Shown: piece after piece, positions 20,262 to 31,142 of the stretch
Numbering within the stretch: the stretch's first letter is position 1
Layout of the letters: the number at the start of each line of letters is the position of its first letter
Assembly: GCA_049840735.1 (NCBI GenBank)
Contig: JASGJN010000020.1
Span: 288,001 to 352,000 of the forward strand
Source of the DNA: Anaeromyxobacter sp.
Lineage (GTDB): Bacteria > Myxococcota > Myxococcia > Myxococcales > Anaeromyxobacteraceae
Reading direction: 5' to 3'
Length of the DNA stretch: 64,000 nt
The notes under the pieces: model-generated
Database searches by the model: none
What the model was told of the DNA's origin: nothing
What the model saw: only the letters and a program-made list of their open reading frames with translations
Program-made: the position numbers and the translations under genes

Positions 20262-21153
20262 GGTGATCCTCCTTCGCGGCCGGCGCGTGGGACTGGCCGT
20301 CCACCTCGTCGCGGCGCTTCGAGAACGCGTAGAGCCCCATCAGCAGCGGGGGCCACAGGGTCATCACGAACGGCGGTGCGCCCAGCGCGCCGGAGACCAG
20401 CTCCGGGAACGCCTTGCCCGGCACGTCGGTCCGCAGGGCCAGCTGGCCCAGGTCGACGTCGGACAGGTAGAGCCAGCTGGTGCCGCCGGCCTCCTCCTCG
20501 CCGTAGACGTGGTGCAGGTAGCGGCCCGGGTTGGTGTAGATGCGGGTCTTGGCCACCTCGAGCAGCTCGCCGCGCTTGCCGAAGGTGAGCGCGCCGGAGG
20601 GGCAGACCTCGGTGCAGGCCGGCGGGAGCCCCTGCGCCTGCCGCGGCGCACAGAACGTGCACTTGCGGACGCGCGGGGCGTTGCTGGCGTACTCGTACTT
20701 GGGGACGTCGAACGGGCAGGCCAGCATGCAGTACCGGCAGCCCATGCACTTGCTGGCGTCGTAGACCACCGGCCCGCTGGGCAGCTTGTCCATGGCGCGG
20801 ACCGGGCAGGCCGAGGCGCAGGCGGGCGCGAGGCAGTGCATGCACTGCTTCTTGGCGAAGCGCTCCTCGCCCCCCGCCTTCTCGGTCCGGTTCACCACCG
20901 TGAAGGCCTGCTCGCTGGTGTCCCGCCGCTGCCGCATGACCGCGTCGTCGGGCGGCGGCGCCGGCAGCTGGTTGGCCTCGGCGCACGCCGCCTCGCAGCC
21001 GCGGCAGCCGACGCACAGGGTGGTGTCGACCAGCACGCCCGGTCCATCCGCGGGCGCGCCGTGTTCCGGGGTGGAGGCGGCCGCGGCCGCGGCGCCGGCG
21101 GCGCCTGCGGTCGCGACGGCGATTCTGAAGAACCCTCTGCGTCCGATCTGCAT
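20254..21153 (-). CDS. HybA/HmcB-like Tat-exported 4x[4Fe-4S] ferredoxin
   Basis: Tat signal GRRGFF; CVGCRGCEAAC, CMHCLAPACASACP, CMGCRYCMLACP, KCTFC...CTEVCP; C-terminal TM. Confidence 0.93.
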   Translation of the reverse strand: MQIGRRGFFRIAVATAGAAGAAAAAASTPEHGAPADGPGVLVDTTLCVGCRGCEAACAEANQLPAPPPDDAVMRQRRDTSEQAFTVVNRTEKAGGEERFAKKQCMHCLAPACASACPVRAMDKLPSGPVVYDASKCMGCRYCMLACPFDVPKYEYASNAPRVRKCTFCAPRQAQGLPPACTEVCPSGALTFGKRGELLEVAKTRIYTNPGRYLHHVYGEEEAGGTSWLYLSDVDLGQLALRTDVPGKAFPELVSGALGAPPFVMTLWPPLLMGLYAFSKRRDEVDGQSHAPAAKEDHHG

Positions 21154-21167
21154 GGCGGTCTCCGGCC

Positions 21168-21245
21168 CTAGCTGCGGGCGGCCATCAGGTTCAGCGTCCC
21201 GAGCACCGCGACACCGACCAGCGCGACGGCGAATGCGAACATCAT
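21168..21245 (-). CDS. 25-aa single-helix membrane microprotein (absent from the ORF track)
   Basis: MMFAFAVALVGVAVLGTLNLMAARS*; AAAGGAGG SD 6 nt upstream; ATGA overlap with the upstream gene; stop 14 nt before hybA. Confidence 0.75.
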   Translation of the reverse strand: MMFAFAVALVGVAVLGTLNLMAARS

Positions 21246-21463
21246 GGCGTGCCTCCTTTCGACAGCTCCGGGGTGAGATGCGAGTCCGCGTCCGCCGACC
21301 GCTCCACGCGCTGCCGGGCCTCGCGGTAGGCGGGGCACGACTCGAAGCCGCAGGCGGCCTCGCAGCTGTTGGCGGTGGTGACCTGGTCGAGCGGGACGAG
21401 CTTCTTGACCGGGTAGGCGCGGCAGAAGACCATCCGGATTTCCTTGAAGTACGGGCAGGTCAT
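21242..21463 (-). CDS. Small Cys-rich protein (73 aa), first gene of the operon
   Basis: MTCPYF...FCRAYP...SCEAACGFESCPAY; AGGAGGAG SD; directly after a sigma54 promoter. Confidence 0.8.
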   Translation of the reverse strand: MTCPYFKEIRMVFCRAYPVKKLVPLDQVTTANSCEAACGFESCPAYREARQRVERSADADSHLTPELSKGGTP

Positions 21464-21490
21464 CGGCCGCTCCTCCTGCCCTTCACAAGG

Positions 21491-21505
21491 GCAAGCGCCG
21501 GGCCA
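21491..21505 (-). promoter_or_regulatory. sigma54 promoter of the hybA-like operon
   Basis: TGGCCCGGCGCTTGC on the minus strand, GG-N10-GC, about 27 nt before the start codon. Confidence 0.8.
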
Positions 21506-21959
21506 GCGCAGCGCTGCGGCGCGGCCTGCTCCGAAAGCGCGGGACGTGGCGCTGGGTTAGGTGGGCTGGGCGCCCGGGGTGCGCCGCCGAGGCAACCCCG
21601 GACAGAGCGTCGGGCGCGGAGAGATCCTCAGCAGCGGGCTGGACCGCGCTCCACCGGATGCGCCGTGGTTGCAGCCACTTGCGCGGCGGCCGGGCGGGTC
21701 GAAGAGAATCTCGACACCGTCGACATCCTCAGCACGCGCGGGAGCGCGCAGCTGGGGGAGGTCGAAGGACGTGGGAATCACGCTGCAGGGGCCGGCAGCG
21801 CCGGACTCGCGTGCAAGACGGGCCTCACGGCGGCGGTCAGCCGCGCCGAGGCTGCAGCCGGACCCCGGGAAGTCAGGCCCATGGCCTCACGCGAGGCAAC
21901 GCCCGTCCTGAGGCCTGGGGCCTACCCCTCGGCTGCCCTCGCGCACGAGGGCGCCGCGC

Positions 21960-23338
<1,379 letters not shown>

Positions 23339-23342
<4 letters not shown>

Positions 23343-23881
23343 GGCCACGCTCCTCCAGCGAGTTCTCCGAGCCGCGCGCAGCACTCGCCGCACAGCCTGG
23401 CTTCCTTGTCGTCCACGTCGCGCACGCCGGCGGAGCGGGACATCACGCACGCGGCGGTGGCGCAGTGCACCAGCCCGAAGGCGTGCCCGACCTCGTGCAC
23501 GGCCTCCTTGGCCAGCCGCTCCTCCAGCAGGTCCGGCCCCATCACGTCCACGTCCTCGAGCAGCCGCGCCGTGGAGACCACCGCCGCCGCGCCGCCCAGC
23601 TGCGCCTCGCCGAAGACGTAGGTGAGGATGGGGATGAAGAGGTCGCGGTCGGTGACCCCCAGCACCTTGCCGGCGCGCGGGCCGGCGTCCAGCAGCCACT
23701 GCAGGATCGCCTTCGAGGCGTGCTGCCTGCGCCTCGGATCGTAGGCGTGCAGCGGCCGCGCGGGCGAGCTCCAGCGGCGCACCGGCCGCCGGAACGCGTC
23801 CGCCAGGTGGACGGCGACGTGGGTGAGCAGGGCCTGATCCGGCTCCGCCTCCCCGATCCACCAGATGAAGATGGGCTCCAT
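23339..23881 (-). CDS. Archaemetzincin (M54) zinc metalloprotease
   Basis: DLFIPILTYVFGEAQLGG, KEAVHEVGHAFGLVHC...CVM...LCGEC. Confidence 0.9.
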
Positions 23882-25634
23882 TCATCCCCGCCCCGTCGCC
23901 TCGCCGTCCGCACCGGCCGGCCGGGCCGGGAGCCGGAAGGCCACCCGCGTCCCCACCCCCATCTCGCTCCTGAGATCGACGGTCCCGCCGTGGCGCTCCA
24001 CGATGCCGTAGACCACCGAGAGGCCCAGGCCGGTGCCGCGCTCCTTGGTGGTGAAGAAGGGATCGAAGATCTTGGAGAGGTGGTCGGGCGGGATGCCCGG
24101 GCCGCTGTCGGCGAACGCCACCTCCACCTGCCCGTCCGCCAGCACGCCGGTGGTCACGGCGAGGACCCCGCCGCGCCCCATGGCCTCGCAGGCGTTCATC
24201 ACCACGTTGACGCAGGCCTGCCGCAGCTGTCCGAAGTCGCCCGCCACCGCCGGCACCGGCGCGCGCGCCCGCTCCAGCCGGACGCCCTGGATGTTGATCT
24301 GGTTGGCCAGCAGCTGCAGCGCCTCCTCCACCACCGCGTTCAGGTCCACGTCCTTGACGCTGAGCGGCCGCTCGCGCGCGAAGTCGAGCAGGTTGCGGAC
24401 GATGGCGCTGCAGCGCTCGGTCTCGCGCTGCACCAGCAGCAGGTGGTCGATGAGCTTGCGGCGGGTGGCGTCGTCCGGCGGCCCGCCGTCCAGGGTGCGG
24501 ACGATCAGCTTGGCGAAGGTGAGGATGCCGGCCAGCGGGTTGTTGATCTCGTGGGCGATGGACGCGGAGAGCTTGCCCAGCGAGGAGAGCTTCTCCGAGC
24601 GGACCAGCTGGTCCTGGGCGGCCCGCAACGCCGCGGTCCGGTCCTGGACCTGCTTCTCCAGGCTGGACATGAGCGCGTCCAGCTCGCGCCGCGCGTGGCG
24701 GAGCGAGCGGATCATGTCGTTGAAGGAGGCGGCCAGGAGCCCCAGCTCGCCGGTCCAGGTGACGGGGATTCTCCAGCTCCAGCTGCTCGCGCGCCACCCG
24801 GCGCGTGGCCTGCACCAGGGCCGCCACCGGCCGCATGACGTGCCGCCGGGCGAAGAACCAGACGAACAGCCCCAGCAGCGCCGCCGCGACGCCCGCCGCG
24901 GCCAGGCTGCGCCAGCGGAAGGTCCGCGCCTCGGCGTCGAGCCGCGCCAGCGACACGCTCACGTCCAGCACGCCCAGGACCTGCTGCCCGGCGGGGTGGG
25001 CGTGGCAGGCGGCGGTGGAGCAGGAGGGCGCGTTCAGGATGGGCGTGACGATGCCCAGCACGCGGTGGTCGCCGGCCTGGAAGACGCGGCTGCGATCGGC
25101 CAGGTCGAGGTGGCCGAGCGGCTCGCCCTCGGCGTGGCAGCCCCAGCACGCCTCGGCGCGCCGGTCCACCAGGCGCCCGGCCTCGCCCGGGGTGGTCGAG
25201 AAGGTGATCCGCCCGCCCCCGTCCATCATGCGGATCCGCTCGATGCCGGGCTGGCGGGCGATGTCCTCCATGATGGCGTAGGCGTCCGGCCGCCGGTCCT
25301 GCAGCATGGCCCGGTCGAGCGAGTTGCGGACCGTGTTGCTGAGCAGGTCGGACTCGCCCACCACCTGCGTCAGCAGGTGGCGCTGGACGGCCAGCTCGGC
25401 CGCGAAGAAGGCGGCCACCGTGGCGAGCGCCAGCAGGCCGGTCATGGCGAAGAGGCGCGTGGAGAGGCGCTGCCGCCAGGGGATGTCCAGGCCGAGCTGG
25501 TCGACCGAGGCCGGCGCGATGGCCCGCGCCAGCCGGTCCAGCGCCAGCGCCTCCTCAGGGAGGCGAGCCTCGGGGCCGGGGCCGGCCTGGCCCGGTCGGG
25601 GCGGCTGCGGGGCGGATGGGTTCGGCGAGGCCAT
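23882..25634 (-). CDS. Sensor histidine kinase with periplasmic heme-binding motifs; apparent frameshift at ~24769
   Basis: TM, CWGCH, CSTAACH, TM, HAMP (restored by removing one base), AHEINNPL, DSGPG, GTGLGL. Confidence 0.9.
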
Positions 25635-25832
25635 GCGGTTCTCCGGTGGAGACGGCCTGCGCGATGCAGCTATCTGGTGCGACCTCTACGCCCCTCTACG
25701 CTGCGGTTCATTGCCGGCGGTCAAGCACCGTCGAGAAACTCCGCGCACCACTGCTGAGCCCTTTCACAAGCTCCGGCTCCACCTGCGGCGGGATCGCGCA
25801 GTCGCTGTGGAGGGAGCGGCGAGGTGCGTAGG

Positions 25833-25860
25833 TTGACCACCGGGCGGGTCCTGCTACCCT
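25833..25860 (+). promoter_or_regulatory. sigma70-type promoter of purU
   Basis: TTGACC-N16-TACCCT with an extended -10 TG. Confidence 0.5.
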
Positions 25861-25870
25861 CCCCGGTCCC

Positions 25871-26731
25871 GTGACCGAGCCCCGCGCCATCCTCCTCGTC
25901 CAGTGCCCCGACCGCCCCGGCATCGTGGCGGCCATCTCCTCGTTCCTGCACCGCCACGGGGCCAACATCATCGACTTCGAGCAGCACACCTCCGAGGACG
26001 AGGGTGGCGTCTACTTCACCCGGCTGGAGTTCCAGATCGGCCGGCTGGACCTGCCGCTGGACGACCTGCAGGCGGCCTTCGCGCTGGACGTGGCCAAGCC
26101 GTTCGGCATGTCCTGGCGGCTGGCGCTCTCGTCGGTGCGCAAGCGGATGGCGGTGCTGGTCTCGAAGCACGACCACGCGCTGCTGGAGCTGCTCTGGACC
26201 TGGAAGCGCGGCGACCTGCGCGCCGACATCGGCCTGGTCGTCTCCAACCACGCCGACCTGCAGGCCTCGGTCGAGTCCTTCGGCGTGCCCTTCGTGCACG
26301 TGCCCAACAGCAAGGAGATCCGCGCCCAGTCCGAGGCCCGCATCTCCGAGCTGGTGGACGGGAAGTTCGACCTGCTGGTGCTCGCCCGCTACATGCAGAT
26401 CGTCTCGCCCGAGCTGGTGGCGCGCTGGCCGGAGCGGATCATCAACATCCATCACTCCTTCCTCCCCGCCTTCATCGGCGCCGATCCGTACCGCCAGGCC
26501 TACGACCGCGGCGTGAAGGTGGTCGGCGCCACGGCCCACTACGTGACCCCGGAGCTGGACGCCGGCCCCATCATCGAGCAGGACGTGGGGCGCGTGTCCC
26601 ACCGCGACGCGGTGGAGGACCTGAAGGCGCTGGGGCGCGACCTGGAGCGGCGGGTGCTGGCGCGCGCGGTGCGCTGGCACTGCGAGGACCGCGTCATCGT
26701 CCACGGCAACAAGACGGTCGTGTTCCAGTGA
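25871..26731 (+). CDS. purU: Formyltetrahydrofolate deformylase
   Basis: ACT domain CPDRPGIVA, LARYMQI, INIHHSFLPAF, GATAHYVT. Confidence 0.96.
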   Translation: MTEPRAILLVQCPDRPGIVAAISSFLHRHGANIIDFEQHTSEDEGGVYFTRLEFQIGRLDLPLDDLQAAFALDVAKPFGMSWRLALSSVRKRMAVLVSKHDHALLELLWTWKRGDLRADIGLVVSNHADLQASVESFGVPFVHVPNSKEIRAQSEARISELVDGKFDLLVLARYMQIVSPELVARWPERIINIHHSFLPAFIGADPYRQAYDRGVKVVGATAHYVTPELDAGPIIEQDVGRVSHRDAVEDLKALGRDLERRVLARAVRWHCEDRVIVHGNKTVVFQ

Positions 26732-26813
26732 CGAGGGGCTGAGTCCCCTCAACCTGCAGTCTTCCCCCCTCGCGGGACCTGCGCGAGCCCTGCCCGCCCG
26801 GCCAGATCCGGGC

Positions 26814-27722
26814 ATGCCCACCCCTGCCCCTCAAGAACGGCTCGACCAGCTGCGGCTGGCCATGGGCCAGGCCGCCCGCGCGCTGCAGGCGGAGCTCTGC
26901 GCCGCGCTGGAGCGGCTGGATGGCCTCGGCCGCTTCCGCAGCGACGCCTGGGAGCGGCCGGGCGGCGGGGGCGGCCTCTCCCGCGTGCTGGAGGAGGGCG
27001 CGGTGCTCGAGAAGGCCGGGGTGAACGTCTCGGAGGTCTGGGGCGAGGTCCCGCCGGCGCTGGCCAGCCGGGTCCAGGGCGCGGGCGGCACCTTCGCCGC
27101 GGTCGGGCTCTCGGCGGTGATCCACCCGCAGAGCCCGCTCGTGCCCACCGCCCACGCCAACATCCGCTTCCTGCACCGCGGCGGCGCCGGCTGGTTCGGC
27201 GGCGGGGCCGACCTGACGCCCCACTACCTGTTCGAGGAGGACGCGCGCCACTTCCACGCCGTGCTGCGCGACGCCTGCGAGCAGCACGAGGCCGGGTCGT
27301 ACGTGCGCCACAAGCGCACCGCCGACGACTACTTCTACCTGCGCCACCGCGGCGAGCGGCGCGGCGTGGGCGGCATCTTCTTCGAGGATCTGGGCGGCGA
27401 CCTGGAGCGCGAGCTCGCCTTCGCCCAGGCGGTGGGCCGGGCCTTCCTGGCGGCCTACCTGCCCATCGTGGAGCGGCGGAAGGACCTGCCCTGGGGCGAG
27501 GCCGAGCGGCGCTGGCAGGAGGTGCGGCGGGGCCGGTACGTCGAGTTCAACCTGCTCTTCGACCGCGGCACCACCTTCGGCCTGGAGACGGGCGGGCGGA
27601 CCGAGTCGATCCTGATGTCGCTCCCGCCGCGGGTCCGCTGGGCCTACGACCACCACCCCTCCCCGGGCAGCCGGGAGGCGGCGCTGGTGGAGGTGCTGCG
27701 GACGCCGCGCGAGTGGGCGTGA
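26814..27722 (+). CDS. hemF: Oxygen-dependent coproporphyrinogen III oxidase
   Basis: EKAGVNVS, HPQSPLVPTAHAN, WFGGGADLTP, RRGRYVEFNL, GGRTESILMSLP. Confidence 0.96.
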   Translation: MPTPAPQERLDQLRLAMGQAARALQAELCAALERLDGLGRFRSDAWERPGGGGGLSRVLEEGAVLEKAGVNVSEVWGEVPPALASRVQGAGGTFAAVGLSAVIHPQSPLVPTAHANIRFLHRGGAGWFGGGADLTPHYLFEEDARHFHAVLRDACEQHEAGSYVRHKRTADDYFYLRHRGERRGVGGIFFEDLGGDLERELAFAQAVGRAFLAAYLPIVERRKDLPWGEAERRWQEVRRGRYVEFNLLFDRGTTFGLETGGRTESILMSLPPRVRWAYDHHPSPGSREAALVEVLRTPREWA

Positions 27723-27731
27723 CCGAGGCGC

Positions 27732-28679
27732 TCAGCCCGCGGCAGCGTCGGCGCGGGTGCGCCAGAGCGAGTAGCCGATGGCGCCGCCCAGCAGCACCAC
27801 CACCACGCACAAGGACGGCACCGAGCCGACGTGCACCCAGGGGGCCACGACCATCTTCCCGCCGATGAAGGCCAGCACCGCCGCCAGGCCGAAGTGCAGG
27901 TACTCGAAGCGGCGGATGAGCTGGGCCACCGCGAAGAAGAGCGAGCGGAGCCCCAGGATGGCGAAGATGTTGGAGGTGAAGACGATGAACGGGTCGAGCG
28001 TCACGCCGAAGATGGCGGGGATCGAGTCCAGCGCGAAGACCACGTCGGAGACCTCGATCAGCGCCAGCGCCAGGAAGAGCGGCGTGGCCACCCGCCGCCC
28101 CGCCTCCAGCACGAAGAAGGCGTGCCCCTCGAAGCGCGGCGTCGAGGGGATGATCCGCTGCAGCGCGCGGTAGGCCCAGGAGCGCTCCGGGTGCGGCGCG
28201 TCCTCGTCGCCCTTGAAGAAGAGCCGGACGCCGGTGACCACCAGGAAGGCGCCGAACACGAGCGTGAGCCAGTGGAACCGGGAGAGGAGCGCGGTGCCGG
28301 CCACGATCATGGCCGCGCGCAGCACCAGCGCGGTCAGGATGCCCCAGTACAGCACCCGGTGCTGGTACTCGGGCGGGATGCGCAGGGCGCCGAAGATGAT
28401 GAGGAAGACGAACAGGTTGTCGACCGAGAGCGACTTCTCGATCAGGTAGCCGGTCAGGAAGTCGACCCCGCTCTGGTGGCCGGACCACCAGAACAGCAGG
28501 CCGTTGAAGCCCAGGGCGAGGAGGATCCAGACCGCCGTCCAGCCCAGCGCCTCGCGCGCCGAGACCACCTTGTCCCGCCGGTGGAAGACGCCCAGGTCGA
28601 GCGCCAGCAGCACCAGGACAAGGCCCACGAACCCGCCCCACAGCCACGGGGTTCCGACGGTGGTGGTGGTCGCGGTCAT
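27732..28679 (-). CDS. TerC/Alx family membrane protein
   Basis: YLIEKSLSVDNLFVF, DVVFALDSIPAI, TSNIFAILGLRSLFF. Confidence 0.95.
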   Translation of the reverse strand: MTATTTTVGTPWLWGGFVGLVLVLLALDLGVFHRRDKVVSAREALGWTAVWILLALGFNGLLFWWSGHQSGVDFLTGYLIEKSLSVDNLFVFLIIFGALRIPPEYQHRVLYWGILTALVLRAAMIVAGTALLSRFHWLTLVFGAFLVVTGVRLFFKGDEDAPHPERSWAYRALQRIIPSTPRFEGHAFFVLEAGRRVATPLFLALALIEVSDVVFALDSIPAIFGVTLDPFIVFTSNIFAILGLRSLFFAVAQLIRRFEYLHFGLAAVLAFIGGKMVVAPWVHVGSVPSLCVVVVLLGGAIGYSLWRTRADAAAG

Positions 28680-28783
28680 GCGCGCACCGGCAGGGACCTG
28701 GGCGTCATCGGGGCCCCTTTTAGACCTTTCGTCCCTTCACAGGGTGAGAATCTTCCGTGGTCTGGGTTAGATTTTCTCGCACC

Positions 28784-29698
28784 ATGGACTGGCTCAACTA
28801 CCACCACCTCTTCTACTTCTGGACCGTGGCCAGGGCCGGCAGCATCGCCAAGGCCAGCCAGGAGCTGCGCCTGGCGCAGCCCACCATCTCCAACCAGCTG
28901 AAGACGCTGGAGGCCAGCCTGGGGGTGAAGCTGCTCGAGCGGCAGGGGCGCAGGCTGGTGCTGACCGACGTGGGCCGCACCGTGCTCCGCTACGCCGACG
29001 ACATCTTCCGGACCGGCCAGGAGCTGCAACGGGCGGTGAAGGGGCTCCCGACCGGCCAGCGGCTCAGGCTGGTGGCGGGCGTGGCCGACGTCATCCCCAA
29101 GCGCATGGCCGCGCTGCTGCTGCAGCCCGCGGTGGACGCCCACCCCGACCTGACGCTGGTCTGCCGCGAGGGGCCGCTGCCGCAGCTGCTGGCCGCGCTC
29201 GCCATCCACGAGCTGGACGTGGTGATCGCCGACGTGCCCGCCACCGAGGAGGTCAAGGTGCGGGCCTTCAACCACCGCCTGGGCGACTGCGGCACCACCT
29301 TCTTCGCGGCGGCCAGGCTGGCCGGGCTGCGCAAGGGCTTCCCGCGCTCGCTGCAGGGGCAGCCGCTCCTGCTCCCGGCCGAGGGGACCGCGCTGCGCCG
29401 CGGGCTGGACGCCTGGCTGGCCGCCGGGGGCCTGCAGCCCATCGTCGCCGGCGAGTTCGACGACAGCGCCCTCATGAAGGCGTTCGGCGCCCGCGGGCTG
29501 GGCGTGTTCGCCGCGCCGTCGGTGCTGGAGGAGGACGTGAAGGCCGAGCACGGCGTCTCGGTCATCGGCCGCGCCGAGGACCTGCGCGAGGTCTTCTACG
29601 CCATCACCGTCGAGCGGCGGCTCCGCCACCCGGCCGTGGTCGCGCTGGCCGGCGTGGCGCGCGACGCGCTCTTCGCCCCGGAGGGCGCGCGCGGCTGA
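28784..29698 (+). CDS. nhaR: LysR-family regulator, NhaR type
   Basis: WLNYHHLFYFWTVA, GEFDDSALMKAFG, YAITVERRLRHP. Confidence 0.85.
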   Translation: MDWLNYHHLFYFWTVARAGSIAKASQELRLAQPTISNQLKTLEASLGVKLLERQGRRLVLTDVGRTVLRYADDIFRTGQELQRAVKGLPTGQRLRLVAGVADVIPKRMAALLLQPAVDAHPDLTLVCREGPLPQLLAALAIHELDVVIADVPATEEVKVRAFNHRLGDCGTTFFAAARLAGLRKGFPRSLQGQPLLLPAEGTALRRGLDAWLAAGGLQPIVAGEFDDSALMKAFGARGLGVFAAPSVLEEDVKAEHGVSVIGRAEDLREVFYAITVERRLRHPAVVALAGVARDALFAPEGARG

Positions 29699-29815
29699 GC
29701 AAACACATTGCTTCTTTCGCAGTGTCGGTGATTCCTTATCTATTAGACGAACCCAGCCACGCCTCCTAGAACCTCTCCACCCGGCGCGCAGAGGCCGGCG
29801 AGGAGAGACGTGGCA

Positions 29816-30712
29816 ATGACGAACCAGCTCAAGACCATCCTGCTGCTCGGCGCCCTCTCGGCGCTGCTGGTGGGGATCGGCGCGAGCCTCGGACCGGGCG
29901 CGTTCTGGGGCTTCACGGCGCTGGCCCTGCTCATCAACCTGGCTTCCTACTTCTGGTCGGACAGGCTCGTGCTGCGAATGCACGGCGCCCGGGCGCTCTC
30001 GCCCGTGGAGGCCCCGCGGCTGCACGCCATCGTGGCGGAGCTGTCCCAGCGCGCCGGCATCCCGGCGCCGCGCCTGTACCTGATCGACGATCCGCACGCC
30101 AACGCCTTCGCCACCGGCCGCAACCCGGCCCACGCCGCGGTGGCCGTGACCCGCGGGATCCTCGAGGTGCTGGACGAGCGCGAGCTGCGCGGCGTGCTGG
30201 CCCACGAGCTGGCCCACGTGGCCAACCGCGACATCCTCGTGGCCACCGTGGCCGCGGGCATCGCCACCGCGGTCTCGCACCTGGCCAACGTGCTGGCCTT
30301 CTCCAGCCTGCTGGGCGGCGGGCGGGACGACGAGGAGGGCTCGGCCGGCGGAGGGCTGCTCATGATCCTGGTGGCCCCCATCGCCGCCACGATGGTGCAG
30401 CTCGGCATCTCCCGCTCGCGCGAGTACCTGGCCGACGAGACGGGCGCCCGCCTCAGCGGCGACCCGCTGGCGCTGGCCCGCGCGCTCGAGAAGCTGCACC
30501 GCAGCGCCGCGGTGGTGCCCGGCGGCCCGGCGCCCGCCACCGCCAGCCTGTTCATCGTGAACCCGTTCGCCGGGGTCGGCCACGGGCTGGTGCAGCTCTT
30601 CTCCACGCACCCGCCGCCGGAGGAGCGGATCCGCCGGCTGCACGCGCTCGCGCGCGAGCTGCACCGCGAGCCACCCGGCCCCGCCTTCCGCACGCAGCTG
30701 GTCCGCGGCTGA
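29816..30712 (+). CDS. htpX: HtpX-like M48 membrane metalloprotease
   Basis: NAFATGRNP, GVLAHELAH, ISRSREYLAD, FSTHPP. Confidence 0.9.
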   Translation: MTNQLKTILLLGALSALLVGIGASLGPGAFWGFTALALLINLASYFWSDRLVLRMHGARALSPVEAPRLHAIVAELSQRAGIPAPRLYLIDDPHANAFATGRNPAHAAVAVTRGILEVLDERELRGVLAHELAHVANRDILVATVAAGIATAVSHLANVLAFSSLLGGGRDDEEGSAGGGLLMILVAPIAATMVQLGISRSREYLADETGARLSGDPLALARALEKLHRSAAVVPGGPAPATASLFIVNPFAGVGHGLVQLFSTHPPPEERIRRLHALARELHREPPGPAFRTQLVRG

Positions 30713-30816
30713 CCTGGTCTCCAGGGAGCGCGCGGCTCACCACCCGCGCGCCGCAGCGCCCGGCCCGGCACCGTCCCCCGCGGCGGAGCCGGGCCGGATT
30801 CGTTACAATGGGGGTC

Positions 30817-31083
30817 ATGCCTGCACCGAAGGTGACCGTCTACACGAAGGACCACTGCCCCTGCTGCGTCCGGGCCAAGCGGCTGCTGGAGAAGAAGGGC
30901 GTCGGGTACGAGGAGATCGACGTGGCCGGGGACGACCAGCTGCGCGGGTGGCTGGTGGAGCAGACCGGGCAGCTGACCGTGCCGCAGATCTTCGCCGGGA
31001 CCCGCCCGCTGGGCGGGTTCACCGACCTCGACGCGCTGGATCGCCAGGGCAGGCTCGACCCCATCCTGCGCGGCGAGCCGTAG
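30817..31083 (+). CDS. Glutaredoxin (GrxC-like)
   Basis: VYTKDHCPCC, TVPQIF, GGFTDL. Confidence 0.9.
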   Translation: MPAPKVTVYTKDHCPCCVRAKRLLEKKGVGYEEIDVAGDDQLRGWLVEQTGQLTVPQIFAGTRPLGGFTDLDALDRQGRLDPILRGEP

Positions 31084-31142
31084 CGGCGGACCGGGCGCGA
31101 AATCCGTTGACGCGCGCGGCCCCACCAACGACAAACGGCCTC

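Noticed and set aside
19043..21153. Calling the locus a hydrogenase-2 operon
   Set aside because: No [NiFe] large or small subunit and no maturation genes in the window
25683..25701. Direct repeat CCTCTACGC x2 upstream of the kinase
   Set aside because: Could be a regulator site, but two short copies give too little support
28680..28783. Riboswitch (yybP-ykoY or nhaA-type) upstream of terC
   Set aside because: I could not identify the conserved core by eye; needs an Rfam scan
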